From NCBI GenBank assembly GCA_028534125.1, contig CM052816.1, forward strand, positions 85,004,001 to 85,068,000: a stretch of 64,000 nt of DNA, written 5' to 3'. Source of the DNA: Lama glama. Taxonomy: Eukaryota. Positions within the stretch are counted from its first letter, which is position 1. The number at the start of each line of letters is the position of its first letter. Shown in pieces: positions 54,789 to 64,000 of this stretch. The notes under the pieces are model-generated. The model was not told where the DNA came from. It saw nothing but the letters and a program-made list of their open reading frames with translations, and did no database searches. The position numbers and the translations under genes were made by a program.

Positions 54789-55024
54789 TAATTATAAAGA
54801 TCAATCCAGAAGGTGTTTTTTAGTAGTTAGACTCCTTCTGGAACAACAACAACAGAAAACTATTTGCATGTCAGAGAAGTGTTATAATTTAAAGAAATTT
54901 AAGTATTAATATGTCAGTGAAGTATGTAATTTTATGAGAAAATATAATGAAAATAGATTTTGGGGAAACAGAAAACCATTTAAAGATTCTCACTATTAAA
55001 ATATTTGTTCAAGAAAATATTTGT

Positions 55025-55480
55025 TTACATATTTAATTTAACTTATTGGCAATATTTTAGACATACACAAAGGTAGAAGGAAGAACATAACAAACTTATA
55101 GCACCCATAATGCATCTTCAACAATTATCAATATTCTATAACTCCACTTTTCTCTCTCTATTCATATCTTAAAGGAAAATTACAGATATCATATTTTTTG
55201 CAGACAATAACTTCCACCTGTCTTCTAACATACATTCCTAAAATATAAACAATAAAATTACCAACCAAATAGACAATTATCCCCTAACATTATCAAATAC
55301 CCATTTGACATTCAACTTTCCAGAATATCTTGAAATTGCTTTTAAAAAATTGAGTTCTTTGAATCAAGATCTAAATAAATTCCAGAAAACCCATACCTTA
55401 TATTTGGTTGGTAGAGTTCAAGTTTCATCTAATATATAATCATTCACTTTTTTTTTCTTTTTTGGTAAAATTCCTCACAT
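55025..55480 (-). mobile_element. Old L1 3' UTR (L1MC/ME-like)
   Basis: ttttagacatacacaaaggtagaagga...catcttcaacaattatcaat...tttgaatcaagatctaaataa. Confidence 0.65.
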
Positions 55481-56407
55481 CCTGCCTACAGTTGAATGCA
55501 TCCTGTTTGTTTGTTTTAAGTTTCAGTAAATGAGATTTATTTTTCCAGTTTAAAAAATGGTTTGTTTTTAAAATTGTATGTTTAACTGTGTGATTGACCA
55601 ATTTGTTTGAATACCCAAAAAAATCTCAAAATTACTATGGCTAATGAGGAACTCATGATATGCTGTGACCCCAATTCTGTTACTACCATTTATCTTTTCT
55701 CTCTGTTAATGATCAAATCCACTCTTTTGCTCAAGAAAAAAAAAAAAACAAAGAACTTTAGAATTATGAGTTCTCATAAAGGTCCTCTGAGGACTCAGCT
55801 TCCTCTAAGGCATCCCCAGTAGGGAAATTTTATTTTGAAACAATCCATGAAACTTTTAATTAAAATGAGAGATAATACATATTTCAAGAATGCATAAACT
55901 TTTCCAAATAATATTTTTCTGTTGTCATATAGTTTTTTCCCAACATCACCAAGTGCTAGCTATTGCTCAGAGTCTTACTCTCCGTCCTTGGTTCTTTATC
56001 ATTTTAGAAGATTTAATGTCTCTATGTATTAATTTTGAACCATTAATTTTATTCAGTTCCTTGAATTTCTCAACTTCAAACTCTTTCACGGAAGTTCAAA
56101 TATTTATAGCTGTAGTCCTAGCATAAATCTTGTTAAAACACTAACAGGCCTGCTAATGAATATCTTTAATTCAAATAGTATAATCAGTAATAACTACCTA
56201 AGTAAGTGTAGGTGCAATTTTAATAAACCTAGATTTCAAATGCACGTGCTCCTGCTGCACTTGTTATTTGACTTATTAAAATATTGTCTTATATTTACTC
56301 TTTTTATCCTAAAACCTTCGACTGATTTTGACCTCATTTCTTTCCTAAAAAATACAGGAAAATATAACCACAGTGGCTTAACCAAGATAGAAGTTTATTT
56401 ATTTAAT

Positions 56408-56475
56408 ACAGGGTTGTCAAACTATAGTCAAAGGGCCAAATTCAGCTGGATACCTGTTTTGCAAAGCCCAATCCA
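56408..56475. mobile_element. MER58A-like fragment, preceded by a short MLT1-like end
   Basis: cagggttgtcaaactatagtcaaagggccaaattcagctgg...cctgttttg. Confidence 0.65.
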
Positions 56476-56974
56476 GAAGGAGAAAATGTCTGAATAATAA
56501 TAAACAATAACAAATAATAGTAAAATCTATCAAAGGTGGGCTCTTTTATATCTTTATTACTTCCTGTGAATAACTTCTATTATAAAATCTCCATAATATT
56601 ACTGAATTATATATTTGTATGAGTGTGTATTTCAATATTATACCTTTCACTGATTTAAAAATTTAAAGCTGGGAATTTTTTCCCTGCATTGCCAATATCT
56701 AAATTAGTTTTCTTATGTATAGTTGACACTAAGTAGATATTTGTTAGATGAGCAAAGGAATTAATAGATTGGCAGAACATGCATTGAGTAATTTTTTTGG
56801 CATTTTCTAAGCATAACATGTGTTTAACATGGTGGTTTTACTCTGTATTTATTGCATTTATTATTATAGAGATATTTTATATTATTTCCCAGACTAAAAT
56901 ACTATGATAAAAGTATATTTTCTTAAATGAATAATGCTGGTAATTGATATTTTGCATGCTTTTAATTTTTAAAT

Positions 56975-57300
56975 GTGGTGTAGGGGCAGACAAAATGGAG
57001 GAAGTGGAAGTGGTCAAAAGTTACAAACCACTAGTTATAAGTCCTTGGAAAGTGATGTACAGCCTGGTGACTGTGTAGTTAGCAATACTGACCGTATTGT
57101 TTATTTGAAAGTTGCTAAGAGAGTAGATCTTAAAAGTTCTTATCATCATAATAAAAAAAATTGTAACTATGTATGGTGATGAATGTTAACTAGACTTATT
57201 CTGGTGAGTATTTTGAAATATACATATATTTTGCATCATTAAATTGTATATCTGAAACTAACATGATGTTTTATGTCAAGTATATCTCAGTTTTAAAAAA
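56975..57300 (+). mobile_element. L1MA9-like 3' end
   Basis: ggtcaaaagttacaaacc...atttgaaagttgctaagagagtagatcttaaaagttct...tgtaactatgtatggtgatg...ctgaaactaacat...atgtcaagtatatctca. Confidence 0.88.
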
Positions 57301-57533
57301 TACTTAAAATTATCTATGCATATTTCCTATATTTTAAATTATTTTCCTGTATGAATCTGTGTAAAATGATATTTTCTGCTCAAAAATTTATATATATATG
57401 TGTGTATATATTTAATATTCATGATATAATTATCTACGTTGATTATTAAATGGGTTATAAAATGGTATTCAACTGTTAAAAAGGTGGAATATTTCAGGTA
57501 CTCATGATAGGAATATTACATATCAGAAAGATT

Positions 57534-57756
57534 TTAGAGCTGTGTTGTTTGAAAGAGTGGTCACTAGCCACAAACCCCTTTTTTTAATTTTAAATTTAAT
57601 TTATATTAGATAAATTAAAACTTCAGTTTCCTAATTCTTAGCAACCACATTTCATGCACTCAATGGCCTTCTATGGCTAGTGGCTACCTTACTGGAAAGG
57701 ACAGATATGAAACATTTCCATCATCACAGAAAGTTTAATGGGCCGACACTGTCTAG
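57534..57756. mobile_element. MER3 (hAT-Charlie MITE)
   Basis: gtcactagccaca...tatggctagtggctacc...aacatttccatcatcacagaaagtt...cactgtctag. Confidence 0.85.
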
Positions 57757-58149
57757 AGTCCAAGGTACCACACAAGAAACAACTGTTGGAGGATATGAGC
57801 AAGTGTCTGTTAGCTTAAGTCCTCTCTCTCGTGAAACACTTGAGAGTCAGTCTAAGGAGAAAAGGAGAAAGATAAGAAAAAAAAGAGGAGGAAAAAGAGT
57901 GGGAGTCAGGTAATCAGATTTTCATATTTTATCTATTATCTAACATGTACATTATTTCCAGAAACAGAAGTTATTCACATTGCATTTTCATAATAATATT
58001 CCAAAATCTGATGATTTTTCTCATAAATATCTCTTTTACAAAGCAAGAAATGAGAGCATTTTGGGAAAAAACAGCATAATTTTTAAATCCAATCAAAATA
58101 GCTTGTCTATTTAAAAATTACATGGTATAGACTGTCAAATATTAATTAA

Positions 58150-58295
58150 GTGGAAGAGGGTAAAGGGGATAAATTGAAGGGTGATGGTTAGTAATTAGAC
58201 TTTTGTTGCTGATCACTTTGTAAACAGATGTTGATTAAAATGTATACCTGAAACTTACATAAGATTATGTCAATTTTACCTCAACTAAAAAAAAG
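58150..58295 (+). mobile_element. Short L1 3' end
   Basis: ggtgatgg...aattagactttt...tgatcactttgta...tgtatacctgaaacttacataa...tcaattttacctcaa followed by an A run. Confidence 0.7.
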
Positions 58296-60804
58296 AAAGC
58301 ACAGAATTGCAAAAAACTGTTTATATGTTAAAGTTTAAATACATATAATTGCAAATAACTGTTTATATGTTATATATGCATATATATATATGAATTATTT
58401 TAAACGCAGTGTTGTCCTTAGTGAAAACTTAACCTTTCAATACTTTCATGGAGCTGTAACTACCAAAAGCTCTATTATTTTTACTTTGGTTTTAAGTGGT
58501 ATCTGAGTTTTATAAATGGGGGATGTAAAAATAAGATTAACTGCTCTTACCCCAAATGGAAATACCAAGGTTTTTATTCAGGTTTTATGTTTTAGCTGGG
58601 AAATTTAAGGAGAGCTTGATAAATCAGATCCATACCATGGTGTGGGCTGGGGTCGGGAATGTACCAAGGAAAGCACAGCACTACTACAGTCACAATAGGC
58701 ATTTCTAGTGTCCTCATGTCTGAAGGATTCAGAGTGACAGAAAAAGATATATATAATATTCCCGAAGCCTTCAGGGAGCAGTTAAGGGGCTTTGACAGCC
58801 CACAGTCTGGCACCCTGACTTTAACATTTCAGTGTCTAGTATGCGATGAAGATCAAAGTTCTTGGTCTTTCTTGTCTTTTTTGTAGATATTTTAAAATTA
58901 AACATACAGAGACATAAATGCAAGGTCCATACACATATGACCAAAAGCACGAACAGCACATGCACAATACTCTTAAGGAATAGCAATGCTTCTCAGAGAA
59001 AACAAAGCCTCCAATTATATGACAGAAGGGCTACTTTGATCTAAGTATAAAATAATACAGTCAAATTGTCATGCATATAGGAGAGAAATCTTTTTTGATA
59101 TTTTTATTTAAAAAATTGTCAGTCTAATTTTGTTCACCCTTGCCTTCTGAATGTTTTTTCCTAATATATTTCACTATGATTTTCTCTAGTATATATATAT
59201 AAAAACAATCATTACAGAAACACAGACCTTTTGAACTCCATACCTTTAGGTAATAAAATCTTGAATGAAAATTTATATCCAAAGTCAGGTGAAATTGAAA
59301 TGCATATGGATCTGTAGGACACATGATTACCTTAGAAAATGTTTCCTCATCTTACAAAGCCATGTTTACATCAAAAAGGTGAGTGATTTGATTACAGAAC
59401 AGCTTCATTTCTACTCGGAGGCACCCAGAAATACTGATCTCACAAGCTAAAATATCTAGGATCCTGTTTTGAAGCAGGCAATATCTCTGGGTTTAGTAGG
59501 CTTAGCAACCTGTCCCAGAATTACGATAGACCTCATACATACACACACATACACATTTACACACGCAAACACATACATACACTCTCAGAGGATAGTTTTT
59601 TTTTCCCCACAGTGATAATTCATTTTCTAGAACTGTAGTCTGATTCCTCTATCTTGTTTTTAGTTGCAAGGCATCTGTATGTTAATTTATTATATAAGAA
59701 ACAGCCTGCTAACTAATCATTCAAAAGATGTCTTATTTCCATTTTTAATGATTTGAAATTTACATATAATCTAAAATAAAATAGCTCCTTTCTTCATATT
59801 TAAGAATGTCCATATATCTGAATCTTGCTCTCATTCTTCTCTCTCTCCTATTTCATCTGTGTTGCTGGTTAATTAAGTGACTGCTTTGTTTGATAGTTAT
59901 ATTTGCAAACAATGGGTATTTCAACAGGTTCTGAGGGCAACTCTTGGGGGTAAATCAGAGGAGATTAGAAGCTTTGACACCCTCTTCAGGTTCAAGTAAT
60001 TCCATCTTCCTCCTCTAATTCACTGTCCACTTCTCTACATCTTCTACTAATTAGTTTAGAGAAATAGCTTTTTCCCACTGTTTGGGGTATTGCTTTTTAG
60101 GAAGACCTTTAGTTATTTAATTATATGAGGATAGAAATGTGGGTTTTCCAACTACATCTCCTATGGTCAGTAAATTTGTTTAATAACTTACTTTAATTTG
60201 TTCAATTACAATCTCTGTATGGACAGAGTCCCCAAGAAACTACACAATTAATTATGAGCTAATGTATTCTATTGAGGATCTTACCAGAAGTTTTCAAGTT
60301 ACACAGTAATAGCCAATTTACTCTTCAAAGATCCTGTCTACCATGCTGTTCTTTAGTTATCATGCCAAATTTTTAACGTAGGTCAAATGAAATTAGCAGC
60401 CAAATTTCTTCTCCCACTTGAGGCTGAGCCAAATTTTAAAGAATAAGTGATAGAAGTGTCTTGGTTTTCATAATGTATAGATTTTATTAATAAGGCCAGA
60501 AATCAAATGTTGACATGCAGAATAGTCTTCATGATCTCTCTTTTTATGGGCATCTGGATGAAGTAGCTGATAAAATGCCTCCTGTTCTGTCTTATGTATA
60601 CTTCAATGCATTCACAATGATTTAGAGGACAGGCCATATGGAGGTAGATACACAGTTCATATTAATAGCTGAAACTAGCCTGACATTACTTTCTACTTTT
60701 AAAACCATTAAAGCTAATATCAAGATCATGGATTAATATAGATAAACAAATAGTGAAGGCATCCTGTGTCACTTAGATATCGCAGGAAAAAAAAAAAGAA
60801 CTGG

Positions 60805-61165
60805 ACAACAACTGATCTCCCAAACAAATGGCTTTCAACAATAACATCTCATGCTCATGAGTCTATAGATATAATTCAGAGGAGCTAAGATTGGGAACAA
60901 ATCTCAAATTGGGAAATCTGCTTCCAGCCAGGGACCCAGTTTGACTCTTCACTGCACACTAGTATCAGTGTGTTAGGGTCATGTTCATTCTGGGGCCCAG
61001 GCTGAAGGAGCAGCAGCTACCCAGTAGAGCATATTCTCAGTGATGGTAGAAGCACAAGTGGATGAGCTCAGCCATGGAAGCATGGCAGAAACATCTGCAT
61101 ATATCCCATCAGATAATATCTCATTTGTCATAGCAAGTCATACAGCTGAGCCCATAGGCAAGCTA
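60805..61165 (-). mobile_element. Old MaLR LTR (MLT1I/J/K-like)
   Basis: ctcatgctcatgagtct...tcattctggggcccaggctgaaggagcagcagctacc...agcaagtcatacagctgagccca. Confidence 0.75.
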
Positions 61166-63018
61166 GGAGGATAAACAATCAGCTAATCTTGCAACCAAAG
61201 CCCAATTAAAATGGAGTTGAAGGGTTTTCTTAAGGAGATAGGAAGTGGAAATGAATGTTGATGATACATATATTTAAAGAGTATTGATGATGCCTAAATT
61301 ATAACAGTCATACAATGAAAGCTAATATTAATTTTTAAAAGATACACCATGAACTTTGTAATTTTCTGCATTTAGACCCTACTCTTCCTGTTTTGAATTA
61401 TTCCCCTCAGTGAATTTAGGCATTTTATTAATGACTATGGGGAGATAGTCAAATACAAGAACATCAAGTTGAGTGTTTAATAAATTTGAATATAATAGCT
61501 ATTTGAAAATTAATTAGGAGTAAAACTTTGAAGACATTTTATACACGACATTATTTTTTAAATGTCAAAATTTTACTAAGTTAGCCAGACATTAAAATAA
61601 TGAACAAAAACCTTACATTTATATAAATGTTTATTTTAATCAAGAAGTCAAAATAAGTCAATTTTCAAAAGTATCAGAATAATTTGCATCTATTTTATTT
61701 AGTTTTGTATTCAGTAATTATGGACAATGATTTATGTTCATATGGGATTACGAGAAGTAGTTGTCATTTAAAGTAGCTAGAAAACTGGCATACTTAAATT
61801 TTAAAAACACAAATTCTTAAATTTAATTATATCTAAGGTCTAAACTGAAGGTATCTTAAAGTAAAAAATTCAAAAAGAAAGCAATCTGTCATCTAGCACA
61901 ATGAGAGTGAATCTAGTATTATTAGCTACACAGAGCATCATTTATGTTGTAACACATTTTAATTTTTAACTGGAAAAAAGGCTAAGACTTTCATGTTGCT
62001 AATAGCAAATTATGTCATTTTAAAATGTAATGTCGTTACTTCAAAACCTCCAGCCATTTCAATTAAAAAGAGTCAATCTGTTAATAATCCAGATGTTTCA
62101 TTTTAATTATACCAACAAGCATCTGGATATTTTGGAACATCTGCTTGGCTTTCTGTTTTACAACATCCAATTTTAACTTTTGAATTTAACCATAGCTTTT
62201 GTCTATTAAGAAATATGGGGTGTACATACACATACCCATGAGCTTATAACTTCATGCAAAAATTGCCTCTAAAATCCTAATCCTCAAATAAATTAATGGA
62301 TGTATATAACAGGCCTTTTAAAACCACATTTAATAACAGAGTTATTACCAGCCTAATAAAATATGCACGCATCTCTGTCTATATCTATGTGTTGTGTACA
62401 CATGGGTATGTGATTTATATAATCATGTATATGGTAAAGAAAATTAGACTGTTTTAGGTGACTAGAAGAATAGTGTCCTGTGGTTAGCAAAAGTGAAATC
62501 TATGTCATATGTTAGAAAAAATTAATTTTCCTTTAAATGCCATCCTCACACTGTTTTCAAGGTACCTAAAACATATTACTGAAGTTTAAATTCTAAAAGT
62601 TTAGAAATATGACACAAAATATCTATTGTTTTCTAGTAAATACATAGAAAGACAAGTCCCTAGTCTATGAATGTCCCTTTAATTAATATAAAGAAATCTG
62701 AATGCAAGTTGTTAACCCACAAAAAGTAAGTGATCATGAATGAGTTCTTCCTTTTAAAATATTTTGGGAATAAAGCTGTAATAATTATAAAATGATGAAA
62801 TTTATTTCCTTCTATAACCTTAATTTTCCCTAAATAAGCACAAACATATTATTTTATGTATTTTATAACCTGTTCTGACAGTAATGCCATTATTTCAATA
62901 ATGCATCTAGAAACATAGAGCACTCACTTCGGAAATAGCACAAAAGAATGCAAAGTTTTTATAAACACTTGAATTTTTACATGTATAATTATGTTAGAAT
63001 TGCCTGATCGTCTAAGAA

Positions 63019-63055
63019 ATATATATATATATATCTTTTAATTAATTATAGTTAC

Positions 63056-63087
<32 letters not shown>
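63019..63087. repeat. Two (TA)n runs
   Basis: Directly visible. Confidence 0.9.
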
Positions 63088-63091
<4 letters not shown>

Positions 63092-63204
63092 ACTACCTGG
63101 AAACAAACCCTGTCTAGTGTTAATATTCAGGATTAAAATATTAACTGAAGAAATGTGTAACTTAATTTTCTGCAAATATGTAATTAATTTATAACATCAT
63201 TCAT

Positions 63205-63910
63205 AATAGTGTGCTTGTAATTCTTTGTGTGATATGAGACAGTAGTCCGGTTTAATTCTTTCACATGTAGCTGTCCAGTTTTTCCAACGCCACTTATAGA
63301 AAAGATTATTTTTTCTTCATTGCATGTTCTTTTTTCCTGTGTCATCAATTAATTGTCCATATATGTGTAGGTTTAATTCTGGGCACTCAATTCTGTTCCA
63401 TTGATCTATGCGTCTTTTTCTTCCAGTACCATGCTGGTTATGTAAAATGTAATTTGAAATAAGGGGATGTGGTAACTCCAGCTTTGTTTTTGTTTTGCTT
63501 TATTTTGTTTTGTTTTGTTTTTAACCCCAGGATTGCTTTGGCTATTCAACGTCTTTTATGTTTTCATACAAATTTTAGGATTTTTTTGTTCTATTTCTGT
63601 GAAAATGTCACTGGGATTTAACAGGAATTGTATTGAATCTGTAGATTGCCTTAGGTAACAACATTTTAACGATGTTAATTCTTCCAAACTGAGCACAGAA
63701 TATCTTTCCATTTCTTTGTGTCTTCTTCAGTTTCTTCAACAATGTCTTATAGTTTTCAGTGTACAGATCTTTCACCTTCATCGTTAAATTTATTCCTAGG
63801 TATTTTATTCTTTATGTTGGGGTTTTAAATGGGATTGTTTCTTAATTTTTCTTCCCATTAGCTTGTCATTAGTGTACAGAAATGCAACAGATTTTTGCAT
63901 ATTGATATTT
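63205..63910 (-). mobile_element. L1 ORF2 fragment (degenerate)
   Basis: gtagctgtccagtttttccaac...attctgttccattgatctatg...ggattgctttggctattc...ttgtattgaatctgtagattgc...gttaaatttattcctaggtattttatt...agaaatgcaacagatttt. Confidence 0.92.
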
Positions 63911-63911
63911 A

Positions 63912-64000
63912 TTGAACAACTTGGGGGTAAGAGGGGTGTCAACCTCCCATGTAATCAAAAATCTGCATATATATGTTTACAGTTTGTTCTCCGTATCTGC
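63912..64000. mobile_element. MER8-like Tigger MITE, partial (runs off the window)
   Basis: ttgaacaacttgggggtaagagggg...aaaaatctgcatata resembles the start of the element at 28570. Confidence 0.7.

Noticed and set aside
56156..56497. 113-aa ORF, the longest without N
   Set aside because: No recognisable domain, AT-biased composition, and it runs into MLT1/MER58 fragments.

Overview
AT-rich, CpG-poor eutherian genomic DNA, intergenic or deep intronic. I see no credible protein-coding exon, RNA gene or CRISPR array. The ORF track is explained by chance ORFs, repeat fragments and two 500-N scaffold gaps. The window is a patchwork of mammalian repeats: L1, L2, MIR, MaLR/ERVL LTRs, hAT and Tigger DNA-transposon relics, and microsatellites. 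Family names come from recalled consensus sequences and need RepeatMasker/Dfam confirmation. The youngest L1 3' end looks camelid-type and I saw no ruminant or pig SINEs, so a camelid host is my inference. Four well-preserved solo LTRs stand out. The most notable (46311-46902, perfect TGTGGG...CCCACA ends, 6-bp TSD) carries a compact single-unit copy of the type-D retrovirus constitutive transport element (CTE, an NXF1/TAP-binding RNA export signal). Also of note: a divergent pair of CpG-rich LTRs forming a promoter-like patch at 0.7-1.8 kb, a perfect 3x46-bp tandem array with an internal palindrome, a fold-back duplication inside an MLT2 LTR, and a tight posterior-HOX/PBX motif cluster.
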